DNA of 64,000 nucleotides from an uncultured Myxococcales bacterium (lineage in GTDB: Bacteria > Myxococcota_A > UBA9042): positions 11,871 through 75,870 of the forward strand of contig CAISBR010000131.1 in NCBI GenBank assembly GCA_903883645.1, in the 5' to 3' direction. Position 1 is the stretch's first letter. The number at the start of each line of letters is the position of its first letter. The position numbers and the translations under genes were made by a program. Below the pieces are notes generated by a model. That model was not told the origin of the DNA. It ran no database searches and saw only the letters and a program-made list of their open reading frames with translations. Positions 39,540-47,668 of this stretch are shown here, one piece after another.

Positions 39540-40088
39540 GTGAAGAACATTCTTGTGCTGCTAGCCGCCGTCGCGCTGACCGTGCTGGCGTGCCGGCCCG
39601 CCCAGACTGCCGCCCATCCGCCGCATTATGCTGTGCAATATCCAAATGGTCCGCCAACTGGCATGGCGATTTGCGAAGTTGAACTGGCGGGGCGAGTTAG
39701 CGAGACGGTGACCGGCAATCGCGCGATTATCACCTATGTCAGCGAAGGCGATTGTCTGGCGCCCGAGGCGCGCATCTTGGCCCGCTCGCCGGCCCTGGGT
39801 GACGGTGAGTTTTTTGCTGAAGTTTTCGTGCCTTGTGGCACCAAGCTGGGGATATGCGCCAGCGTAGAGCCGCGCGTGAACCCGGACCAAGTGCCGCTGG
39901 CGAGCCGCCACTATGCCGCGCTGAATCGGCTGCTGACAGCGCAAGGATCTGGCGAGATTGAGTTTTTTGGGCTTGCTTGGGCGATGCGCGATGCGGACGA
40001 GAAGACCTTTGCCGCGCCGCGCCCCTATTTTGAGCGGCCCGGGGATCAGCCGCAGCGGGCGGACCCGCGACCGCTGCCTGCGCATTAA
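39540..40088 (+). CDS. Small lipoprotein, hypothetical (co-directional with, and 18 nt after, the giant lipoprotein)
   Basis: GTG 39540, giving MKNILVLLAAVALTVLAC (lipobox), 182 aa. Confidence 0.5.
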   Translation: MKNILVLLAAVALTVLACRPAQTAAHPPHYAVQYPNGPPTGMAICEVELAGRVSETVTGNRAIITYVSEGDCLAPEARILARSPALGDGEFFAEVFVPCGTKLGICASVEPRVNPDQVPLASRHYAALNRLLTAQGSGEIEFFGLAWAMRDADEKTFAAPRPYFERPGDQPQRADPRPLPAH

Positions 40089-40105
40089 CTGCATCTAATG
40101 GTTGC

Positions 40106-40525
40106 CTATTTGCAGGTCTTGTTGACGCAGGCCAGGCCGGCCGGGCACTCGCAGTCGACCTGGCAGGCGGTGGTGGGCGCGAGCGAGACGGAGCAGTAGC
40201 CGCTGATGCAGCTCTCGCCCGTGTGGCATTCGCAGCTCGCCTTGCAGCGCAGCAAGCAGAAGCTGCCGACGCAGTCCTCGGCCGCGGCGCAATCCTGATT
40301 CTTGCTGCAGGTATACGTGGTGCTGGTGACGACCGTGTCGGTGGCGCTGCTGGCGTCGGCGCTGCTGCCTTTGGCGCTGCTGCCTGTGGCGTCGGCTGCC
40401 TTGTCTTTGTCGCAGCCTAGATTCATACCTTCGCCGGTGTAAGTCTCGATATTGCAACCGCCAAGGCCCGCCAGACCAGCGATCGTGACCGCGCCAACTA
40501 CCCAACTCGAAATCGCCAAACGCAT
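40106..40525 (-). CDS. Small Cys-rich lipoprotein (about 13 Cys in the C-terminal 70 aa)
   Basis: ATG 40525 with AGGAGG RBS; MRLAISSWVVGAVTIAGLAGLGGC lipobox; Ser/Ala/Thr-rich linker; CSKNQDC...CVGSFC...CKASCEC...CISGYC...CQVDCEC...CVNKTC. Confidence 0.55.
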   Translation of the reverse strand: MRLAISSWVVGAVTIAGLAGLGGCNIETYTGEGMNLGCDKDKAADATGSSAKGSSADASSATDTVVTSTTYTCSKNQDCAAAEDCVGSFCLLRCKASCECHTGESCISGYCSVSLAPTTACQVDCECPAGLACVNKTCK

Positions 40526-40765
40526 CCTATTTGCCTCCTGCGCCACCGGAATCTGTGTGCGCCTTGTGGTTCGCGCCAGCGCCATGCTGTGCACTTCGCC
40601 AGTGGGTGCCCGCCCGGTATCGGTTCGTTCAAGCGCGCGTGCAGTAAAGTGTAATAAGGCATTCTTCAAGCTATTTTGCTTAGTCGTGTGCGGTGCGCTA
40701 CCGTGCAGACGCGGCCGCAGCACCCGCGCAGCGATTTCTTGGGGCGGTGTTGAACGGTCGCGCCG

Positions 40766-41419
40766 GTGGCGGGCACTCAGGGGCAGATGGCAACGGTGCC
40801 GTCGCGTTGTGGTGTGCGCATGATCCTGCCTGTGCTCGCAGTCGAGGCCCAAATGTGGTGGCGGCGTAGCCCCGGCCCGGTGCTGGATGAGCTGAGTCAA
40901 CGGCTGCAATCCGGCGATTCTGTTGCGCTTGGACAGGCTTACGACCTGCATCACGCCGCAGTACGGGCCTTTGCCCGGCGGCTGCTCGGCGATGCGGATG
41001 CGGCCGAAGACCTGGTGCAAGATGTGTTTGTCACGCTTCCCAAGGCGATACGGCGCTTTGACGGGCGATCGGCGCTGCGCACTTTTGTGCTGGGGATTGC
41101 AGTGCGGCACGCCCAACATCACCAGCGGGCCCTGGCGCGGCGGCAGCGGGCGTGGCGGCGCAGTGGCGACGTTGAGAGGACGCACTCCGCGAACCCAGAA
41201 GCGCAATGTGGCGAAAATGAACTTGCGGCGGCCTTGGCGCGGGCCCTAGAGCAACTGCCGATCGACCAGCGTGCGGCGTTTGTCTTGTGCGAGATCGAAG
41301 AGCGCACGGCGGGCGAAGTGGCGACCATTGTCGATGCCCCCGAGGCGACGGTGCGGACACGCTTATTCCACGCTCGCAAGAAACTGCGCGAGGCATTGGA
41401 GCGGGAGGGACTGCGATGA
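40766..41419 (+). CDS. ECF-family RNA polymerase sigma factor
   Basis: Region 2 (LVQDVFVTLPKAIRRFDGRSALRTFV) and region 4 (LEQLPIDQRAAFVLCEIEERTAGEVATIVDAPEATVRTRLFHARKKLRE). Start may be 40850. Confidence 0.8.
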   Translation: MAGTQGQMATVPSRCGVRMILPVLAVEAQMWWRRSPGPVLDELSQRLQSGDSVALGQAYDLHHAAVRAFARRLLGDADAAEDLVQDVFVTLPKAIRRFDGRSALRTFVLGIAVRHAQHHQRALARRQRAWRRSGDVERTHSANPEAQCGENELAAALARALEQLPIDQRAAFVLCEIEERTAGEVATIVDAPEATVRTRLFHARKKLREALEREGLR

Positions 41420-42201
41420 CTGACGACGAACTGCTGCAGCGCGCGATAAAAGCATTGCGCGATGAAGAGTTGGGCGATGCTCCGGCGGGGGCTCGGCATC
41501 GTATGCTGCAGGCCGCTGGGCGGGCGCGCAAGCTCGAGACGCGGCAGACTGTGGTCACCTTGGCCCTTGGTTTGGCACTTGTGGCCTCGACGGCGGCGGC
41601 GACGGGGCAGCTACAGCGGGCGGTTGCGGCGCTTAAAGCGGTGGTGGCGCCGGTGGTACCCGCGCCGCAGGTGGTCGTGCCGCAGAAGTCTAACGCTCGA
41701 GCGGGTCATTACGCCGCGAATTTGATGCGGATTACGCCCAGCATGCCCGCTTGTGCGACGCCGACGGCCACTGTTGCGCAAGTGCCTGTAGACGAAGCTG
41801 CAGCGGTGTCGCCGCGCGAGCGTGAGTCGGCTCCACATACGACAAGTGATCGCCATGTAGGAAGAATGCGCGTTGCGCCTGTCGCACTAGAGGCCCTGCC
41901 TGAACTCGCTTCGACCGACGAGGCGCTGCAGCAGTTCCGCGTTGCCCAACGGCTGCACGCCCAGCACCAGTGGCAGGCGGCCTTGGCGGCGTGGGGCAAG
42001 TATTTACAACTAGTTCCGAGCGGCGAGCTCGCCCCCGAGGCGCGTTGGAGTCGTGCGCAGTGCCTGGTTCGCCTGGGGCGGGGTGCCGCGGCGCAGGCCG
42101 CGCTGCAGCCATTTGCGAGCGGTGCCGAAGGCGGTTACCACCAGGCCGATGCCGCAGAGCTGCTGCAGGCGCTGGCCAACCCGTCTGAGCCCACCCAGTA
42201 G
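41416..42201 (+). CDS. Putative anti-sigma factor (single TM, periplasmic C-terminal domain)
   Basis: ATGA overlap with the sigma-factor stop; N-terminal cytoplasmic helix, TM segment VVTLALGLALVASTAAATG, TPR-like C-terminus. Confidence 0.5.
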   Translation: MTDDELLQRAIKALRDEELGDAPAGARHRMLQAAGRARKLETRQTVVTLALGLALVASTAAATGQLQRAVAALKAVVAPVVPAPQVVVPQKSNARAGHYAANLMRITPSMPACATPTATVAQVPVDEAAAVSPRERESAPHTTSDRHVGRMRVAPVALEALPELASTDEALQQFRVAQRLHAQHQWQAALAAWGKYLQLVPSGELAPEARWSRAQCLVRLGRGAAAQAALQPFASGAEGGYHQADAAELLQALANPSEPTQ

Positions 42202-42213
42202 CCGGGAGACCCC

Positions 42214-43764
42214 ATGAAACTGCAGATGTCGACAGGACTTGTTTGGCTGCTCGTGCTGCTTGCGGCGGCGCTGCCGGCGTGGGCGCAGGGCCAGGTGGCG
42301 CCGAACACGGCTCTGGTGCTCGACGTCGCGCGTGCCCCGCAGCTGCCGACCGCGCAAGTGTTGGCCGCAGCTTTGGAAGCGGAGCTTGCTATTCACGTCA
42401 GCCTGTTTCAGGTGGTGGGCCAGCAGACGGCGCGGCTGAGCGTGGCTGCCGCCGGGCCGAATCGGGCTAGGGTGGCCTTTTTGTTGCCTGGACGGCCACT
42501 TGTGGGGCGCGAGGTGCAGCTGCCGCGCGACCCCATGCGCGCCGTGGATACGCTGACTTTACTGCTGGCCAACATGGTTCACTCTGAAGCGGGCGAGCTG
42601 CTGGCGAGCTTGCGTGCGGTCAAGAGGTCTGAACTGGCTGCGCCGCCAGTAGTTTTGGAGCCGCCCCCTGCTGTGCCGGCGCCAGCGCCGCCGACCCCTG
42701 TGGCGCTGCTGCCGCCGCCTGCCGACCCTACGCCCATCGCGCAGCCTTCTGCGGCTACGCCCGTCGATTTTGCGGCCGATGGGCTGCGCACCGTGTTGCT
42801 TGGTGTTGACCTAGTGCCCGGAATTACCTTTCCGCCGGCGCCCTTTGAAGGCACTGTGCGTCGCTTTTCGTTTGGCGGCATTACCTATTCAAGCGGGCTC
42901 GATGGCATGGAAGCCGCAGCCATTGGCACTCTGCATAGCGGCGATGTAAAGGGCGGACAGTTTTCGTCTGTTTTTAACGCGGTGCGTGGCGATGTGCGCG
43001 GTTTTCAGGGCGCCTCGTCGCTCAATGTGGTGGGGGGCAAGCTCCATGGCGCGCAGCTGTCGAGTGGCGCGAATCTGGCCGGCGAGGTCGACGGTGGCTT
43101 ACAGATGGCGGTGTTTAATGGAGTCCTTCGGTCCATGCGCGGCGCGCAACTCGGCGTAGCCAATGCGGTAGCTGGGCCGGTCGCGGGTCTACAACTCGGC
43201 CTTGTCAACCTAGCGGGCGAGCATGTGCACGGCGCTCAGATTGGCCTTGTCAACCTGGGCAAGTCGGCTGACGCGGGAATCGGCCTACTTTCGCTGTATT
43301 CAGATGGTCGCAGCCATGTGCAGGCTTGGACCGACGGGGCACTTGGGGCGACAGTTGGCGTAGAGCACGGCAGCAAGCGGATGCATAATCTGTTCGCAGT
43401 GGGGGCGCAACCGGTCAGTAATGCTGGGCATTGGCAACCGCACGCCGGTCTGGGCCTGGGCATCCACCTGCAACCCAAAGATTGGCTGACTGTAGATTTT
43501 GATGCGCTTGAAATGGTGCGCTACGACCGTGATCGCAGCGACTGGTTCGCCGAGACGCAGCTGCGCGTGGTGGGTGGCGTGCGTCTGTTCAGTAGCGTGC
43601 GGCTGATCGGCGGCCCGACTTGGGCGGTGCGCGTGGCGGGCGTCGGTGCGCATCTGACTACGGTGGTTGATGGGCGCAACGCCATGGTACGGTTCAACAT
43701 TTCGGACCGGGGTGCGCGGGTGGCGATGGACCTGGGCTGGTTTGTCGGCTTGTCGGTGTTTTAG
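42214..43764 (+). CDS. Secreted repeat protein with Gly/Gln-rich G-x-Q-x-G-x-x-N repeats; hypothetical
   Basis: Signal peptide MKLQMSTGLVWLLVLLAAALPAWA; Pro-rich linker; C-terminal repeats GAQLGVANAVAGPVAGLQLGLVNLAGEHVHGAQIGLVNLG; 12 nt after the anti-sigma gene. Confidence 0.55.
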   Translation: MKLQMSTGLVWLLVLLAAALPAWAQGQVAPNTALVLDVARAPQLPTAQVLAAALEAELAIHVSLFQVVGQQTARLSVAAAGPNRARVAFLLPGRPLVGREVQLPRDPMRAVDTLTLLLANMVHSEAGELLASLRAVKRSELAAPPVVLEPPPAVPAPAPPTPVALLPPPADPTPIAQPSAATPVDFAADGLRTVLLGVDLVPGITFPPAPFEGTVRRFSFGGITYSSGLDGMEAAAIGTLHSGDVKGGQFSSVFNAVRGDVRGFQGASSLNVVGGKLHGAQLSSGANLAGEVDGGLQMAVFNGVLRSMRGAQLGVANAVAGPVAGLQLGLVNLAGEHVHGAQIGLVNLGKSADAGIGLLSLYSDGRSHVQAWTDGALGATVGVEHGSKRMHNLFAVGAQPVSNAGHWQPHAGLGLGIHLQPKDWLTVDFDALEMVRYDRDRSDWFAETQLRVVGGVRLFSSVRLIGGPTWAVRVAGVGAHLTTVVDGRNAMVRFNISDRGARVAMDLGWFVGLSVF

Positions 43765-43970
43765 CGGCTGGGGATGGGGTGGCCACGACCGCGACGGATT
43801 CTGCGCGGCGGCGGAGGCTGCAATGGCAAGGTCGGGCAAGAACGCGACGACATTGCGGTCACGCTGGGTGTGCCGCCTGCGGCGGCTGGGCTGCGACTTC
43901 GGGCGAGCACAGGTTTCGCGAGCCAGCGAGAGGGCTTGCGCCCGAAGCGGCGACGCGCGGGCCCTCTCAT

Positions 43971-44059
43971 TTTCTAAGCTGCCTACGCGGCAGTGAACGA
44001 GATGGCCCAGCAGGATGCGCTCACGGACCTTCTTCTAAGCTGCCTACGCGGCAGTGAAC
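43971..44059 (-). CRISPR. Orphan CRISPR mini-array: two repeats matching the type I-F consensus (28 bp) flanking one ~33-bp spacer; no cas genes in the window
   Basis: Plus-strand repeats tttctaagctgcctacgcggcagtgaac (43971-43998) and cttctaagctgcctacgcggcagtgaac (44032-44059). The reverse complement, GTTCACTGCCGCGTAGGCAGCTTAGAAA, matches the I-F consensus including the CUGCC-N5-GGCAG hairpin. Spacer 43999-44031. Confidence 0.55.
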
Positions 44060-44125
44060 ACCTGCAGGCCTTGCGCATCACAGCGTCAAGAAGGCACTCG
44101 GTCGATAGCGGATCGCTGTAGCCCA

Positions 44126-44222
44126 TCGAGTGCTCAACGCCTTACGGCAGCACGGCGACAAGAAGCTTGGCGCCTACACCAGATGGTGTAGATTGTGTCG
44201 TGCTCAACGTCTTACGGCCAGT
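44126..44222. repeat. Pair of degenerate ~24-bp direct repeats (tcgagtgctcaacgccttacggcag / tcgtgctcaacgtcttacggccag), possibly decayed CRISPR repeats
   Basis: 44126-44150 and 44198-44222; the core gcct-tacgg-cag resembles gcctacgcggcag of the neighbouring I-F repeat. Confidence 0.3.
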
Positions 44223-44322
44223 ACAGCCCCAGGCCAATCGGCAACTTGGCCCGCTGGCGCCTTGCACAGCGAAATCGACAGCCTTGGCAGCGGCTGCGGT
44301 GCCATGTCAAGAATCTCTGGCG

Positions 44323-44796
44323 TTAAGGCAACGAGCGCACTTGGCGCCTGCCCGACCCTTCAGTAGGGCATCGGCCAAATCCGGCCCATGGACCATCATC
44401 GGTTTCCCCTTGTGAATACAATGCAATGGCCTGCCATCCAAAGGATACCAGCCGCTCCACCAAGCCCAGCAGCGACCCCAACGCGCCCCTCCACGCCGCG
44501 TAGCCCATAGGGTCCACAATCAGCAAGGGCCCGTTCGCCCAGCACGGCGTCTGCATCCCCGGCTGGCCACCGGCAAGCGCCAAACGAGCGAACGTTTGCA
44601 GCCGCGGCACGGCATCCGCGCGGGCTAAGTGCAGCTGTAGATGCCACCCGCCGCCGTCGCGGGCAGGCTGTTCACGCACCCGACTCCACGGCGAATTCTG
44701 CAAAATCGCTACCAAAAGGTCGGCACGCGCTCGGCCCTCGATGGGCTGCGGCTCGCCATAATGCCGATACACCGTGTCGATTTGCTCGCCGGTCAT
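44323..44796 (-). CDS. Hypothetical protein
   Basis: ORF only; no motif recognised. Confidence 0.3.
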   Translation of the reverse strand: MTGEQIDTVYRHYGEPQPIEGRARADLLVAILQNSPWSRVREQPARDGGGWHLQLHLARADAVPRLQTFARLALAGGQPGMQTPCWANGPLLIVDPMGYAAWRGALGSLLGLVERLVSFGWQAIALYSQGETDDGPWAGFGRCPTEGSGRRQVRSLP

Positions 44797-44993
44797 GCCA
44801 GACGGCTCAACAGCTTGAACTGGCTAGTACCGCTTGGCGGCAGTGGCTTGGCCCGGCGTGCGAGCGCTTGCAAGCCGGTGAGCCAGGCGCCGCAACCGAG
44901 CTAGCCGATGTGCGGTTTTCGTGCGATGCCGCGGTTGGAGTAGGTGTTTCCTTTGGTTCTAAAGAGTTGTAATGCCTATGGCGCAATGGCGAT

Positions 44994-45056
44994 TTCTGCT
45001 GGCCCTGTGGCTGCTTCTGCTGGCCCTGTGGCTGCCTCTGCTGGCCCTGCGGCTGC
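44994..45056. repeat. Three copies of a 21-bp tandem repeat (ctgctggccctgtggctgcyt)
   Basis: Direct reading; encodes LLALWLL (+ strand) or PQGQQ(K/R)Q (- strand) heptads. Coding status uncertain. Confidence 0.6.
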
Positions 45057-45273
45057 GGTGGCAGCACCGCGTACCCGACCTAGTTGGCGTGTTCGCACGG
45101 GTCAAGCGCAAGCAGCGCACGCAGTTTTGTCGGGAACATCACGGGTTACAACCCGTCGCTGGGCCCCTAGCGCCGCTTGAGTTCGCGCTGCCTGTCATTG
45201 CTGCGGTGCGCCGGGGCTTAATTTGATGCGGAGGCCGATCTGTGACCGTTCGCCCGGAGTTGCGCCTTGTTCG

Positions 45274-45684
45274 CTACATCAACAGCAGGAACACGGCGCC
45301 AGCCGCGGCCGCCATGCGCCCACCGCCCTCGATAATTGCGATGACCTTGCCATATTTCGAGTCGCCCCGAATGACTTTATCTCCATCAAGAATTGCGATG
45401 ACTTTGCCGTATTTCGAGTCCCCAGCGATCAACTTTTCGCCATCGACGAGCGCAATCACTTTGCCATACTTCGAATCGCCGCCAATGACCTTTTCTCCGT
45501 CGACGAGGGCAATCACTTTGCCGTACCTGGAGTCTCCGGCTATCAGCTTGCCGTCCTCAAAGACCGCAATTACTTTGCCATACTTCGAGTCTCCGGCGAT
45601 CACCTTACCAAGCGCCCAAGCAGGCGAGGCCGCGCACACGCCGATTGCCATTGCCAGCCAGAAGTGCAGTAGTTTTTGATACAT
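45274..45684 (-). CDS. Small secreted protein composed of six tandem 19-aa repeats (GDSKYGKVIALVDGEKLIA)
   Basis: ATG 45684 with GAGGGG RBS; signal peptide MYQKLLHFWLAMAIGVCAASPAWA; 57-bp DNA periodicity; lower local GC. Confidence 0.6.
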   Translation of the reverse strand: MYQKLLHFWLAMAIGVCAASPAWALGKVIAGDSKYGKVIAVFEDGKLIAGDSRYGKVIALVDGEKVIGGDSKYGKVIALVDGEKLIAGDSKYGKVIAILDGDKVIRGDSKYGKVIAIIEGGGRMAAAAGAVFLLLM

Positions 45685-45890
45685 CGAGTGTCACCCCTCT
45701 GCCTTGACCATGGTTGCTGGCCTCTTTGGCTGGGCTCCGCCGTGCATCCGCCCGCGTGGGGCGTAGTGTCGCGACAACCTCAGCCTGTATCTGCTCTTGG
45801 CGCCTATCAGCGGCGTCCCTATATCCTTGTTGTAACTGTGGTCTTGCCGTCGTTCAGCGGCCAAGTACCGCCGTCGTGCCGGGCACCACC

Positions 45891-46349
45891 CTAAACCCCA
45901 GCCGGATACCCAACAACCCCAACCTCAATCCCCGCCCGCGACAGCCGCCCCGGCTCAATCGCATTCGTTCCAACAGGATCGGTCTCGGTCCACGCGTGCC
46001 CTTGGCCATAGCCGCTCTCGACACAAAACGCGTGCCGCCACGCCGCCACCAGTCGACGACCAATGTAAAGTCGCGAAATCACCCAGCCTTCCGTCAGCAC
46101 GTCGCACTGCTGGTCCACATGGTAGCGCTGCCGCACCTTGACCGGCCGCTTGCGCTCGGCCAGCTTGCCCACCAGCCACCGCGCCGTAGCGACCGAATTG
46201 TCGCCGTATTCATCCAATTCGTCCGCCAGCAGCAACTCCAGCAGCTGCCGCGCCTGCTTATCGCGAATCGGCTTGTCGGGCACATCGGGAATCAGCGGCG
46301 CATTCTTGTCTGCATAAGCGTAAGGATAATCAGTTGGTTGACTCGACAC
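45891..46349 (-). CDS. Hypothetical protein (cargo of the accessory region)
   Basis: Start re-called to GTG 46349 (GGAGGTG RBS); no motif recognised. Confidence 0.4.
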   Translation of the reverse strand: MSSQPTDYPYAYADKNAPLIPDVPDKPIRDKQARQLLELLLADELDEYGDNSVATARWLVGKLAERKRPVKVRQRYHVDQQCDVLTEGWVISRLYIGRRLVAAWRHAFCVESGYGQGHAWTETDPVGTNAIEPGRLSRAGIEVGVVGYPAGV

Positions 46350-46422
46350 GGGGCACCTCCAAGAAGTTTGAACTGCAGGTACCCTGGCACTTTTCGCCAC
46401 CGAGTGCCAGGGCATTTTTCGC

Positions 46423-46803
46423 CTACCTCTGCTGCGCCAGCCACGCGTCGAACTCCGCCCGCCGCCCCTTCACAGCAAGCTCGTTGACTGCCCCGCACCG
46501 ACATAGCACCACGTAACCCACTGGCTGGCTTGCAATAAATGCATTCGGCTGCGTCAACACCACCGGCACCAGCTTCCCACAGGTCATGCACGGCGCGACA
46601 AGGGTCACATCCGCCACCGCCGCCAACACCGCGTCCCGCCTATGTTTTGCCCCAACTGTGTTATCCGTCCGCGCCACCTCAGCCAGGCGCTTAGCAATCG
46701 TGTTGCGATGCACGCCAGTGCGCTCGGCAACCTCAGCAATCGAGTACCCAGCTTTGTGGTCCTTCAGCAGCATATCCACAACTTCCTTCTTGAGTTTCGC
46801 CAC
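46423..46803 (-). CDS. Small HTH DNA-binding protein with a C-terminal Cys4 cluster (MGE regulator / excisionase-like?)
   Basis: GTG 46803 with GAGAGGTG RBS; HTH GYSIAEVAERTGVHRNTIAKRL; CMTCG...CRCG. Confidence 0.5.
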   Translation of the reverse strand: MAKLKKEVVDMLLKDHKAGYSIAEVAERTGVHRNTIAKRLAEVARTDNTVGAKHRRDAVLAAVADVTLVAPCMTCGKLVPVVLTQPNAFIASQPVGYVVLCRCGAVNELAVKGRRAEFDAWLAQQR

Positions 46804-46850
46804 TTTACACACCTCTCGTTTGCCGCTCGCTTCAGCATTAAGAGTCCATT

Positions 46851-46990
46851 CGCTGGCCGTCGGTAGCCTGTCTGTCTGCGAGTTCGAGAAACGCCTGCCG
46901 CGACGAGTGGCACGCGCTCGGCCGGCCGGCGGATCTGGCCGCGATGGAGTTGATCGAGGCGCGGTTGTGGGTGCGGCGCCGGCTGGGTAG
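46851..46990. repeat. ~140-bp block duplicated at 50582-50716 (about 88% identity; this copy has a 1-nt indel)
   Basis: Both copies were aligned by eye: ctggccgtcggtagcctgtc(t/c)gtctg...gagtggcacgcgctcggccggccggcgga...atggag...gatcga...tag. Confidence 0.6.
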
Positions 46991-47179
46991 GGCAGAGGAA
47001 GGGTGGGTTGCGCTGGATTGCAGTGTCGTGGCCGCCCGGTTCGGGCCCACGGACCTACACCAGCGGCACGAAAGCCCGCGGTGGCACCTGCACATTCTGC
47101 CCGTCGGGATAATTGCGCCGGCGCATATGCCATCACTACAACTGGCGGTCACTGAGGCCATGCCGGCGCGCCGCGGCCG

Positions 47180-47556
47180 CTAGTTGTCGCGTTGCCATTC
47201 GCACTTGCCGGAAAATGGTCTAAAGGCAGGAGTAATCGCCTTTATAATTAGCTGGTTTGCCCTTTGGTTGTTGCCAACCATTCCCGACTCGACCGTCGCT
47301 ACTCGCTGACCTCGTTTGAGCTTGCCACACGCGACGCCATCGGTGCTATCGAGCGTCAGCGCATACCCCTTGCCTGCCAGGGTCAGGCGGCCCGTCACGC
47401 AGCACGCGTTGCCGGCGCAAAGCTCAATCGCCGTGGATCGGGTGTCGAACTTGGCCGTAAGCTGGTTGCCGGCGCAGTCGTAGACACCATCGACGGCGCC
47501 CGCAGCGGGCTGGCTTGTTGCGGCAATGGCCAACACTATAAGATGAAACAGGTAGG
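47180..47556 (-). CDS. Small secreted protein, hypothetical
   Basis: GTG start with AGGTGAA RBS, signal peptide MPYLFHLIVLAIAATSQPAAGA, six Cys; low-GC context. Confidence 0.4.
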
Positions 47557-47668
47557 GCACGGTATTCACCTGAACCAGCACCGAGCTGGCGAAACAGAAT
47601 TGCCCCGAGCGTAGCCAGACTTGGCCGCCACGTCGAGAGGGTGGGCCCGGCTCCATTGGCGTCAGCGC

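Noticed and set aside
43971-44059. Possibility that the 28-bp repeats are REP/MITE-like palindromic elements rather than CRISPR
   Set aside because: The match to the I-F consensus extends over the entire 28 bp including the 3' handle, and the spacer length (~32-33 bp) is exactly I-F-like. Not fully excluded, since no cas genes are present; see could_be_checked_by in the corresponding finding.
44972-45226. 84-aa hydrophobic small ORF (MPMAQWRFLLALWLLLLALWL...) spanning the 21-bp tandem repeat
   Set aside because: Weak RBS, and the repeat creates open frames on both strands. Kept only as a remark within the tandem-repeat finding.
45223-45679. Plus-strand ORFs (149/145 aa) across the 57-bp repeat region
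   Set aside because: The minus-strand reading gives a clean signal peptide, a strong RBS and a regular 19-aa protein repeat. Plus-strand frames give Pro/Ser-rich low-complexity peptides.
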